Source: an uncultured Acidobacteriota bacterium
GTDB lineage: Bacteria; Acidobacteriota; Vicinamibacteria; Vicinamibacterales; UBA8438
Direction: 5' to 3'
Length of the DNA: 64,000 nt
Assembly: GCA_913043225.1 (NCBI GenBank)
Contig: CAJWLU010000004.1
Location: 67,243-131,242, forward strand
A program made the translations under genes and the position numbers. Of the stretch, positions 1 through 8,266 are shown in pieces; positions within the stretch are counted from its first letter, which is position 1; the number at the start of each line of letters is the position of its first letter. The notes under the pieces were generated by a model that did not search any database, was not told where the DNA came from, and worked only from the letters and a program-made list of their open reading frames with translations.

Positions 1-742
1 GGCTGGCATGCTGGTGGCGATCGCCATCATGGGGATCACCATGTCAATGCTCCTGCCCTCTTGGAGCACCTACGTCCAACGTGAGAAAGAGGCGGAACTC
101 ATATTCCGGGGCGAGCAGTACATGCGCGCCATCGAGCTCTACCAACGTCAGTTCCCCGGCGCCTACCCCACCGGCGTCGAGATGCTGGTCGAACAGCGGT
201 TTCTCCGTCGTGCCTACCTCGACCCGATGACCGGCTCGGACTTCCAACTGCTCGATCCGACCTCGGTCACCGCGGCCGTCGGTGAGGTGCAGGAGGTCAT
301 ACCCGGGGTAAACATCCAGCAGCCTGGAGTGACCCGGGTTCAGCAGAGACCGGCGAACCCACGCAGCGAGAGGGCGCCGATGACCGAAGCGGGGCGAGGC
401 CTGGAGAACGGAGACGGGATCATCGGGGTCGCGACCACCGCCACCGGAGACTCCATGGCGCTCTACAACGGCCGGAACAAGTACGAAGACTGGCTGTTTG
501 TCTACATGCCGCAGGTCACTGACCCCGGCCAGGCGGCGGCTGGCGCATTACCCGGCCCGTCGCAGAGGAACCCAGTTATTGGCGACCCGTTCGACGGCGT
601 CGAGAATCCGAGCGGAGGCTTCGGAGACCGTCGTGGACCCGGCGGTGCGGATAGTCAGGGCGGACTGCGCGGTCGGCCTGGAGACAACCAGCCAGGCACT
701 TCACGCGGCACCTCGCCGGGCGGCACGGTCCCTCCAAATTAG
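1..742 (+). CDS. Pilin/pseudopilin-like protein, 5'-truncated by the window edge, with a long Gly/Pro/Arg-rich C-terminal tail
   Basis: The ORF frame runs off the 5' edge. It opens inside the hydrophobic prepilin helix (MLVAIAIMGITMSMLLPSW), followed by REKEAELIFRGEQYMRAIELY, which is typical of T2SS/T4P pseudopilins. TAG stop at 740-742. Confidence 0.6.
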   Translation, partial: AGMLVAIAIMGITMSMLLPSWSTYVQREKEAELIFRGEQYMRAIELYQRQFPGAYPTGVEMLVEQRFLRRAYLDPMTGSDFQLLDPTSVTAAVGEVQEVIPGVNIQQPGVTRVQQRPANPRSERAPMTEAGRGLENGDGIIGVATTATGDSMALYNGRNKYEDWLFVYMPQVTDPGQAAAGALPGPSQRNPVIGDPFDGVENPSGGFGDRRGPGGADSQGGLRGRPGDNQPGTSRGTSPGGTVPPN

Positions 743-756
743 GAGCCCGCTACGGC

Positions 757-1194
757 CTACCACTCCGCATAGTTCGAACCGTCCAGTGCCTGGCTCTGGG
801 CACCACTACGAACGTCGAAAATCCCTTGAGATAGCGGGTTCGTCGGATCAAGTTCGGCCAGCACCGGCGTCCAGGTCGCGTTCGAGTCGGTGAACGGGTC
901 AATCGGAATCGAACGCAGATAGCCCCCGTCTACCAACATGTCCAACGAGCCAGGGTACTCGTTCCGATCGGCGTAGTGCTGGTCGATCGCGTCGCGCATC
1001 CTGAACAGGTCTTCCTTCAGGACCGCCTCACGCGAACGTCGTACCGCGGTGCCGTAGCTAACCACGGCGATCCCGGCCATGATCACAACCAGTGAGATGA
1101 CGATGAGCATCTCAGCGAGGGTCCATCCGTCGGTACGGCGCAGATCACGCCAGTTGCAGACCGGACGATGCCCACCGTTCCTTTGTCTCACCAT
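757..1194 (-). CDS. gspG: Type II secretion major pseudopilin GspG-like protein
   Basis: 145 aa. Prepilin-type leader ending ..RRTDG|WTLAEMLIVISLVVIMAGIAV. GspG-like body (AIDQHYADRNEYPGSLDMLVDGGYL..IPIDPF..) and C-terminus ALDGSNYAEW. The start overlaps the upstream stop (ATGGTGA). Confidence 0.8.
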   Translation of the reverse strand: MVRQRNGGHRPVCNWRDLRRTDGWTLAEMLIVISLVVIMAGIAVVSYGTAVRRSREAVLKEDLFRMRDAIDQHYADRNEYPGSLDMLVDGGYLRSIPIDPFTDSNATWTPVLAELDPTNPLSQGIFDVRSGAQSQALDGSNYAEW

Positions 1195-1691
1195 TCGTTA
1201 TAGTTCGTTCCGTCAAGGGCACTCGCCCGTGACCTGGTATACACGTCGTAGACGTTGTCGCCACTCCAACTTGTCGCGCCAGGGTCGTCCTGATAAGCCC
1301 GCAACCCCCATTCCTGGCTCTTGGTGATCGGGTCGAACGGAATACGACGGAGAAACTTCAGCTTGCGTCCAGTCGCGTCGTTGGTAACCTCCACTCCTTC
1401 GACCAATGTCTCCAGGTCTGGCGGATACCCCTCGCTCCCAGCTCGCACGTCCGTTCCTCCGATCATGCCCAAATCGACGGCGTCCTTGTATCTGTCGATC
1501 GCCGTACGCATCTCGCGCAAAGACCTTCGCAGCTCAGCCTCGCGCTGCCGCTGCATAGTGACCTGACTCAATGGCAGCACGGCCGAAGCCAGCACCAGCA
1601 GGATGGCGCTGACGACGAGGAGTTCCACAAAACTGTAGCCGCGCGAGGACCGCAGCCGCTTTAACAGGGACGCAGAGGTCCGGTCGGGCAT
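1188..1691 (-). CDS. gspG: Type II secretion pseudopilin GspG-like protein (paralogue)
   Basis: 167 aa. Leader ..SSRG|YSFVELLVVSAILLVLASAV. AIDRYKDAV..GYPPDLETLVEG..IPFDPIT, with C-terminus ALDGTNYNEW parallel to the neighbouring gene. Confidence 0.8.
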   Translation of the reverse strand: MPDRTSASLLKRLRSSRGYSFVELLVVSAILLVLASAVLPLSQVTMQRQREAELRRSLREMRTAIDRYKDAVDLGMIGGTDVRAGSEGYPPDLETLVEGVEVTNDATGRKLKFLRRIPFDPITKSQEWGLRAYQDDPGATSWSGDNVYDVYTRSRASALDGTNYNEW

Positions 1692-1698
1692 GGGCGAC

Positions 1699-2100
1699 TC
1701 ATTGGACGGTCACCGTGACCGGGGAGAACGTAAGCGCGATTGGCGCCCCACCCGGGGTCATCTCGGTGCCACTCAGATCGAGTGTAACCGACCCCGGCCC
1801 CACCGCATCGAAAAGCACCGCCGCAAGCAGACCCGCTCCGGCCGCGCCTGCCTGGTCGCTGGCGCGGGTCGCCAAGATGTCTATCCGACCGGCCGCCCCA
1901 TCGACCTACTGCAGGAAAACCACATCGTTTCGCCCCTGATCCCCGGCAGGAAGCGCGCCCACCAGGACAGTCGGAGTCACTGGCGGCAGCGCCATCCCTC
2001 CGCTCGAGTCTCCTGCCTCGGACGCCCCACATCCGGCCATGGCCAGGCTTGCCAACGCTAAGCTCCAGAGAGCGCCCGTTCTCTGTTTACGACTCTGCAT
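1699..2100 (-). pseudogene. Lipoprotein gene interrupted by one in-frame TAG (beta-sandwich-like, in the PilP position of the operon)
   Basis: The 64-aa ORF 1906-2100 has a signal peptide plus lipobox (LASLAMAGC). I translated the same frame after TAG(1906-1908). It continues for 68 more codons (VDGAAGRIDILATRASDQ...GSVTLDLSGTEMTPGGAPIALTFSPVTVTVQ) with high GC3. It ends at TGA 1699-1701, 7 nt before the next gene's ATG (1691). Confidence 0.5.
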
Positions 2101-2665
2101 CCAGTCCAGCCCAGTAATAGGTGGACAACCCCAGGGTCAGAGTAAGGGCTTCTTCGACCTCATCTCCCTTGCTGAGGATGACCTCCTCGATCAGGATGAA
2201 CTCCGGCGCCGTTTCCACCGCATAGATAAACCGTCGTATGTCTTCGTACTCGCCGGCCAGCATCATCGTCGTACGAAGCTGCGCAAGCAGGCTCTCCCTC
2301 TCCTTTTCGGGCACACTGCTCGAACGCTCCAGCACAAGATCACTCTCTTCAGCGAGCCGATCGAGAAATGGCGAAAGGATTAGCCGCGCGCCTGCCAGAT
2401 CCCTAGGGATAACCTCTTGATAAAATCTCTCCAACTCATTGTCAGCCAATGACTTGTTGTTTATTGCCGTTGTCGCTTCACTAAACGCGGTCCGCACCTG
2501 CTCTATCTGTGCGTCCGCGGTGGCCATACGTGCCTCAGATTGAGACACCTTGGCCAACCATGGGTTGATCGCGAAGGCATAGAGGACTACATCTACCACT
2601 AAGATCGCACCCACCACGGTGACAAATGTTCGCTTTTCAGCCAGGATCCGGTTGAGCAGCGTCAT
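2087..2665 (-). CDS. PilO/GspM-like inner-membrane assembly protein
   Basis: 192 aa. One N-terminal TM helix (FVTVVGAILVVDVVLYAFAI), then a coiled-coil, then an alpha/beta C-terminal domain. ATGA overlap with the upstream PilN-like gene, and its position in the operon fits. Confidence 0.6.
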   Translation of the reverse strand: MTLLNRILAEKRTFVTVVGAILVVDVVLYAFAINPWLAKVSQSEARMATADAQIEQVRTAFSEATTAINNKSLADNELERFYQEVIPRDLAGARLILSPFLDRLAEESDLVLERSSSVPEKERESLLAQLRTTMMLAGEYEDIRRFIYAVETAPEFILIEEVILSKGDEVEEALTLTLGLSTYYWAGLDAES

Positions 2666-3348
2666 CTCGGCTCCTCATCGGCCGCGGCTGCCTCCGCAGT
2701 CGGAATCGCCTCATCTGTCGCATCGACCGATTCGTCTGTCTCCAGAGAAGCGTCGTTCTCCTCGGAGTCCGCCTCCTCCCCGACCAGTCCAAGCGCCGGC
2801 GTCTGCAGATAACGGCCTCGAAGCACGGCCCGATACATCCCGTCCTCTGTCAGTTCCGCCTGCCGGTTCAGCACTCCGGTAAAATCGCCCGAAGCCTCAA
2901 GCTTGTCGATGAAGCCGCTGATGTCGTCGAGCCGGCGCCCCAGCACCCCCATGGTGACCTCGATCCGCTCCGGCGATATATCCGGTTGCACTTGCGTCAG
3001 CATGACGTCTGGGGGAAGCGTGGTCTCGATACGGTTGAAGAAATCGGTCCAGGAGAACACTCGCTGATCGATCAAAGCGTTGGCCTCCCGGGCGGCAGCC
3101 GCCACCTGCTTAAGCGCTTCCGGCTTCACCGCCTGTTCAATCTGGGCTGTCTGGGTGCTGAGCTGGGCGGTCTCAGCCTCGGCCGTCTCGGCGCGAGAGA
3201 CGAGCTCGGTATTCCGTCGGGACAGGTCCGTGATCTCGACGATCTCCAATCCCAGCACGGCCAGGCCTAGCACTGCCACCAGGCCGAGACCCAGATACAC
3301 GGCGCGCTCGTTGTAGAAGGGACGCGTGGCGAGATTGGTACGAAGCAT
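2662..3348 (-). CDS. PilN-like fimbrial assembly protein with an acidic C-terminal tail
   Basis: Internal ATG at 3348 gives MLRTNLATRPFYNERAVYLGLGLVAVLGLAVL.. (PilN-type N-terminus plus TM plus coiled-coil). The longer track ORF (to 3975) overlaps the PilM-like gene and is Arg-rich shadow sequence. Confidence 0.65.
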   Translation of the reverse strand: MLRTNLATRPFYNERAVYLGLGLVAVLGLAVLGLEIVEITDLSRRNTELVSRAETAEAETAQLSTQTAQIEQAVKPEALKQVAAAAREANALIDQRVFSWTDFFNRIETTLPPDVMLTQVQPDISPERIEVTMGVLGRRLDDISGFIDKLEASGDFTGVLNRQAELTEDGMYRAVLRGRYLQTPALGLVGEEADSEENDASLETDESVDATDEAIPTAEAAAADEEPR

Positions 3349-3353
3349 GGGAC

Positions 3354-4322
3354 CTATGCTGCTGTTTCGGTCGACGAGCGCTCCCGCAACAGGAGTCCCA
3401 CCGGCGCGGCTAGCAGATCGGGCGAAACACCCTCGGCCCCGGCGCCCGAAAGCGCCAGCTCCGCACCGATGGCCTGGACCGATACGCCTAACCGGCTTTC
3501 GAGCGTGACGCGCAGAACGTCGGCCTCCTCCGGGCTTGTCTCGACCAGGCCGACCACTAGCAGCACACGCGAGAAACCGGCGCCGCCAAGACGATCCTCG
3601 TGGTACATCGTGGTCTGGTGTACCAGATCCACGAGGTTGCCGTCTCCCTCGAAGGAGCGGTTCCGGAACAGGATCAACTGGCCATGTCGGACCACGGCAA
3701 TGGTGCTGTAGCTGTGAGCCACGTGGACCAGCAGCCAGTCCCCTTCGCTCATCGTCCGGCCGGCTAGGACGCCATTGATCAGGCTGAAGCTCGAGAGATC
3801 CACAACCCCGGCGTGCACTCCAGCAGCGGAGCAGACCGACTCGTATTCCTCGACTATGTCGCGGCGCATCAACGACACCACGTACTCCCTTCCGCCGCCT
3901 TCGAGCGCGCGTCCCTGAGAGTACGTTACCTGCGCATCCTCCACCCGAAAGGGCGCGGTCTTGCGCGCCTGCCATCGAACGAGTTCCTTCAAGTCTGCGC
4001 TCCGGCTCGGAATCTGCTCGAAGCTGGTCAGCGACACCTTCGCCGCGCTGTCCGGCACCACCAGCGCCAGGCGGTTCGGCGACCCAGGCAGCGCCTCGAG
4101 CACGTTACGCACCGCCGCTTCGACGGCCGCGCGGTCTCCGAGATTTGAGGCATTCGCCGACGCTATCAGGGCACCCTCGGGCAACGGCGCCGTGGACACT
4201 GCAGTGACCTCTCGCGCGCCCCGTCCCAGCGCAACCCCGGTCACCCGGTCGGTGGCAATCTGCAGGCTGACCCCGGCTGGACCCGGAGCAAGTAGACGGC
4301 GAAGCCATGCACCTCTGGCCAT
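3354..4322 (-). CDS. PilM-like actin-fold assembly ATPase
   Basis: 322 aa with PilM-like layout (LALVVPDSAAKVSL..; LVHVAHSYSTIAVV..G.LILFRN). It sits directly upstream of the PilN/PilO-like genes. Confidence 0.7.
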   Translation of the reverse strand: MARGAWLRRLLAPGPAGVSLQIATDRVTGVALGRGAREVTAVSTAPLPEGALIASANASNLGDRAAVEAAVRNVLEALPGSPNRLALVVPDSAAKVSLTSFEQIPSRSADLKELVRWQARKTAPFRVEDAQVTYSQGRALEGGGREYVVSLMRRDIVEEYESVCSAAGVHAGVVDLSSFSLINGVLAGRTMSEGDWLLVHVAHSYSTIAVVRHGQLILFRNRSFEGDGNLVDLVHQTTMYHEDRLGGAGFSRVLLVVGLVETSPEEADVLRVTLESRLGVSVQAIGAELALSGAGAEGVSPDLLAAPVGLLLRERSSTETAA

Positions 4323-4341
4323 GATCCTTCCTTAGAGGAGG

Positions 4342-6003
4342 TCACTTGACGAAGGTAACCTTGTTGATCTCGCGAATGGTGGTGAACCCCGACAGAAGCT
4401 TCTCGACCGCCGAGTCGCGCAGGAAGCGCATACCGTCGGCCCGAATCGCCTGCTTGACCTCAGAGGCCGGAGCCTTGGCTAGAATCATCTCCCTGAGTTC
4501 GTCGGTCAGGTCGAGCAGCTCACAGAGCGCCGTGCGCCCCCGGTAACCGGTGCCGCCGCACTCGATACATCCGGTCCCCTCATAGAATTGATGGGTGGTC
4601 GCCAGAGCAGTATCCAACCCCGACTCTTCGAGCTGCTGCTCGCTAACCGTCGTCGGCCGGCGGCACTCGGTGCAGATCATGCGGACCAGGCGTTGCGCCA
4701 TGACGCAATTCAGTGACGAAACGAACTGATACGCCTCCACACCCATGTTCAGGAACCGCCCCAGCACGTCGAGCACGTTGTTTGCGTGGACGGTCGTAAA
4801 GACCAAGTGTCCGGTCAGCGCGGACTGAATCGCGATCTGGGCGGTTTCCGAGTCACGAATCTCCCCCACCATGATCTTGTCTGGGTCGTGACGCAAAATC
4901 GACCGCAGGCCCCGGGCGAAGGTCAGTCCCTTTCGCTCGTTGATCGGAATCTGAGTAATCCCATGCAGCTGATACTCAACCGGATCCTCAATCGTGACGA
5001 TCTTGTCTTCCGGCGAGTGAATCTCTGACAGCGCCGCATACAAGGTCGTGGTCTTGCCACTCCCGGTCGGCCCGGTCACCAGCACCATCCCGTACGGCTC
5101 CATGATGGCGCGCCTGAACCGTTTCAGCTCAGACTCAGCGAATCCGAGGATGTCCAGGTTCAATTCCCGGAACTGCTCGCTGATCGTCTCTTTGTCCAGG
5201 ATTCGGATGACCGAGTCCTCGCCATGGACGGTTGGCATGACCGAGACACGAAAGTCGATGGTCTTCCCTGGCACCTTGACCTTGAAGCGTCCATCTTGCG
5301 GCACCCGTTTCTCGGCGATGTCGAGCTCGGCCATGACCTTGACGCGGGAGAGAATCGCACTGTGGAAGTGCTTGTCGACCGGCCGCATGGCCGACTGCAA
5401 CGTGCCGTCAATCCGATACTTGACGTAGACCGCATCGTCCTGCGTCTCTATGTGAATATCACTGGCCCTCCGTTGCAAGGCCGTATAGATCATCGAATCC
5501 ACGAGGCGAATCACTGGACTAATGTCGCTGGTTAGCCGCTCGACCGTCAGGTGCTCCTCGCCCGCTTCATCCTCCTGCAGAATCTGGAGCTCGAAGCTCT
5601 CTTGCGCCTCATCGAGAACGCGCTGCGAGCCTTCGCTCTTCTTGAGAATCGACTCGATGGCCGAGGACGTGCCCACTGTGACCCGGATCGGCATCCCGAG
5701 CAACAGCGCCAGCTCGTCGATCATAGGCAGATCGGTTGGATCCGACACCACGATGACTAGGGTCTGCCCGTCCTTCCGGTGCGGCACGAACCCGTAGCGC
5801 AGCATCAAATCGGCTGGGATCGACCTGAACAGCTCCGCGTCGATGCGGAACTTCTCCATGTCGACGAACTCTAGCCGATACCGCTCGGCCAGCTGCTGGC
5901 CTCGTGCCAACTCTGCGACATGATCGACGGCCTCCGGTTCACCGCCGATGTACAGCTCCTCGGTGGTCCCGGGCTCGATCTCGGCCTGTGTCTCGTCTGT
6001 CAT
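4342..6003 (-). CDS. gspE: GspE/PilB-family secretion ATPase
   Basis: 553 aa. T2SSE N-terminal domain, Walker A GPTGSGKTTT, Asp/His boxes, and a tetracysteine CTEC..CIECGG zinc motif. Confidence 0.95.
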   Translation of the reverse strand: MTDETQAEIEPGTTEELYIGGEPEAVDHVAELARGQQLAERYRLEFVDMEKFRIDAELFRSIPADLMLRYGFVPHRKDGQTLVIVVSDPTDLPMIDELALLLGMPIRVTVGTSSAIESILKKSEGSQRVLDEAQESFELQILQEDEAGEEHLTVERLTSDISPVIRLVDSMIYTALQRRASDIHIETQDDAVYVKYRIDGTLQSAMRPVDKHFHSAILSRVKVMAELDIAEKRVPQDGRFKVKVPGKTIDFRVSVMPTVHGEDSVIRILDKETISEQFRELNLDILGFAESELKRFRRAIMEPYGMVLVTGPTGSGKTTTLYAALSEIHSPEDKIVTIEDPVEYQLHGITQIPINERKGLTFARGLRSILRHDPDKIMVGEIRDSETAQIAIQSALTGHLVFTTVHANNVLDVLGRFLNMGVEAYQFVSSLNCVMAQRLVRMICTECRRPTTVSEQQLEESGLDTALATTHQFYEGTGCIECGGTGYRGRTALCELLDLTDELREMILAKAPASEVKQAIRADGMRFLRDSAVEKLLSGFTTIREINKVTFVK

Positions 6004-7208
6004 GCGAGCACCGATCCCATCTGCAACAACGGCATATAAAGAGCAATGAGGAGGCCGGCGATGACGACTCCCATCACCACGAGCAACGCCGGCTCAATGA
6101 TCGTCACGAAACGCCCGAGCTGAGTGTCGATCTCCTCGTCGAAAAAGTCGGCCACGCTGATCAGCATCTCGCGGAGCGAGCCAGTCGATTCTCCGACCTC
6201 GACCATCTTGATGGCAACTTCGGGGAAGACCTTCCGTTCAGCCAGCGCCGACGCCAACGCCTCACCCTCCCGGACCCGCTGCCCCACCAGTGTGAGCTGA
6301 TCGGCGAAAAAGCGGTTACCGAGCGAGCGTGACGCGACATCGATGGCATTGACCAACGGAATGCCGCCTCCCAGCAACGTGGCCAAAGTCCGCGCCAGCT
6401 GAGAGGTTGCGAAGCGCGCCGCGATCTTTCCGACCGCCGGCACCCGCAAGATCAGACGGTCTAACCCCGTCGCCCGGCCCGACTGCTTGAACCAGTACCA
6501 AGTGCCTCCCACCACACCGATCACACCCAGAAATACCACCAAGAAATAGGCCCGGAAGAACGCGGAGACAGCTACGATCAGACGGGTCATAATCGGAAGC
6601 TCCGCCTCGAAACTCAGGTAGAATCCCTCGAACTCTGGGACCACACGCAGGACTATGATCGCGACGACGATCAGGGCAAGACAAAGCAGGATCGCCGGAT
6701 AGACGAGCGCCGAGAGCGTCTTCCGCTTGACCGCGCTAACAACCTTCACGTGGTCGATGTACCTGCGAATGACCTCCTCAAGTCCTCCGCTCTTCTCCCC
6801 AGCCATGAGCGAGGCCGTGTAGACGCCCGGGATCGCCTCACCCTGCGCCTCAAACGCCTCCGACAGCGCCGCCCCCGCGCGGACGCGATCGTGCACGTCA
6901 TTTAGAGTTCGCTTGAATCCAGGATCGTCGACCCGCTGGCGCAGGATGTCCAGCGACTGGACCAGGGGCAGACCGGCCTTGAGTAGAGTTGCCAGTTCCT
7001 GATTGAAGACCAGAAACTCCCGTGTCTTGATCCGCCGGTGTCTCTCCCACGAGAGCACGGGAACACTGAAACCGCCGCGCCGCTGTAGCGAAAGGATGTA
7101 CATCCCCTTCGCTTCCAGTTCCTGACGAAGCTGCGCCTCGCTTTCCGAGACGAACACCTCCTCAACAACCTCTCCGGTCTCGGTGCCAAGCCTGCAGCGA
7201 AACTCCAT
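6000..7208 (-). CDS. gspF: GspF/PilC-family inner-membrane platform protein
   Basis: Two T2SSF repeats (LATLLKAGLPLVQSL.. and LATLLGGGIPLVNAI..) and three TM segments. I prefer the ATG at 7208 (MEFRCRLG..). The track start at 7247 is a TTG. ATGA overlap with gspE. Confidence 0.9.
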   Translation of the reverse strand: MEFRCRLGTETGEVVEEVFVSESEAQLRQELEAKGMYILSLQRRGGFSVPVLSWERHRRIKTREFLVFNQELATLLKAGLPLVQSLDILRQRVDDPGFKRTLNDVHDRVRAGAALSEAFEAQGEAIPGVYTASLMAGEKSGGLEEVIRRYIDHVKVVSAVKRKTLSALVYPAILLCLALIVVAIIVLRVVPEFEGFYLSFEAELPIMTRLIVAVSAFFRAYFLVVFLGVIGVVGGTWYWFKQSGRATGLDRLILRVPAVGKIAARFATSQLARTLATLLGGGIPLVNAIDVASRSLGNRFFADQLTLVGQRVREGEALASALAERKVFPEVAIKMVEVGESTGSLREMLISVADFFDEEIDTQLGRFVTIIEPALLVVMGVVIAGLLIALYMPLLQMGSVLA

Positions 7209-7256
7209 GCTTTCCAGCGCGATCCGGGGTGACCCGCCGAGTCGCAAATTAAAGAC

Positions 7257-7287
7257 TGGCGTTACAAGTTAAGGAATGGCGGTACAA
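7257..7287. repeat. Two 11-bp direct repeats (TGGCGTTACAA / TGGCGGTACAA) phased 20 bp apart in the AT-rich leader of the gspF operon
   Basis: Read directly at 7257-7267 and 7277-7287, with one mismatch. Function unknown; possibly an operator. Confidence 0.4.
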
Positions 7288-7415
7288 CCCCTTGTCAAAT
7301 ATGCAATTATCGGCGCTCCACCTAATGAGAATTATACCTTGGGCTCCGATGACCGCTTTGGGGGGCACCGAGGTTGTAGTGTGCCGGAACGGATGGCCCT
7401 TAGCTAGGACCTGGC

Positions 7416-8087
7416 CTACTCCCCGGCCGCGTCGACGATGCTCAGGATCTTCTCGACGTAGCGACGCGTTTCGGGATAGGGCGGAACACCGCCGAACCTC
7501 CTGACGGTTCCTTCTCCGGCGTTGTAGGCCGCTAGGGCGCCCGTAACGTCGTACCGATCCAACAGCGACCGCAGATGCTTGGTGCCAGCCTCAATGTTCG
7601 CCCTAGGGTCATAGGGATCGCTCACCGAGTACTGGCGGGCAGTGGCCGGCATCAGCTGCATCAAGCCCATTGCTCCCTTCGGTGACCGAGCGTCAGGCCG
7701 ATAGGACGATTCCACCTCAATGAGCGCGGCGACCAGTGTCGGGTCCACTCCGTGCCGCACCGAAATGGTGTCGATGATTTCGGCATAGGGGAGCGATGCG
7801 AGAACCGGCTTCGCCACGGCCTCAGCCTCTGCCACCGGTGGTGGTGAAGGCGTGGGCGGCGCGGGGTCAGCCTCGATCTTAACCACAAGTGAGCGTGCCG
7901 CCGAGATCTGGCCGCCATTGGGCAGATACAGCACCACTCTGTCCCCCTGAAACTCGTGCCCGGCTACCGAAAGCGTGTGCCCGGTAGTCAGCAGCACCAG
8001 TTCGGCCGAGGCGGGGGCCACGGCCGGCCGGACGACCAGCAGAACCGCCAGCAGCGCCAAGGCAAGGACGCGCGTCGCGCTCCACAT
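7416..8087 (-). CDS. Soluble lytic transglycosylase (SLT domain) with signal peptide
   Basis: Catalytic region LIEVESSYRPDARSPKGAMGLMQLMPATA ... AYNAGEG. I prefer the ATG at 8087, which gives the signal peptide MWSATRVLALALLAVLLVV. Confidence 0.85.
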   Translation of the reverse strand: MWSATRVLALALLAVLLVVRPAVAPASAELVLLTTGHTLSVAGHEFQGDRVVLYLPNGGQISAARSLVVKIEADPAPPTPSPPPVAEAEAVAKPVLASLPYAEIIDTISVRHGVDPTLVAALIEVESSYRPDARSPKGAMGLMQLMPATARQYSVSDPYDPRANIEAGTKHLRSLLDRYDVTGALAAYNAGEGTVRRFGGVPPYPETRRYVEKILSIVDAAGE

Positions 8088-8266
8088 CCGATCAGCGTAG
8101 CATGTCGTCCGAAGGCCGACCAATGCGACCAAAGTCGTACCGCAGACCCAATTCTTAACGCTTCGACTACCGCCCTGAGCCATACCTCTACTCTTATCGG
8201 CAGGACGAAGGGCCGGGGTGAACTGGACCGGTTCTGACCGGTTTTCCACATCTTCTGTTGAATGAC

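Noticed and set aside
2662-3975. Long N-terminal extensions in the ORF track (2662-3975, 13744-15831, 19694-21400, 22978-24435, 21876-23588, 36463-37875, 39225-40433, 45334-45777, 45545-47119, 50299-52128, 52004-52948)
   Set aside because: The extensions overlap the preceding gene and translate to Arg-rich junk. In each case an internal ATG/GTG gives a canonical family N-terminus, usually with tight operon spacing or an SD.
7248-7340. Sigma54 promoter in the gspF leader (TGGCG.. motifs; TGGAGCGCCGATAATTGCA on the minus strand)
   Set aside because: The TGGC repeats are on the non-coding orientation and fail the GG-N10-GC rule. The minus-strand candidate has N13 spacing.
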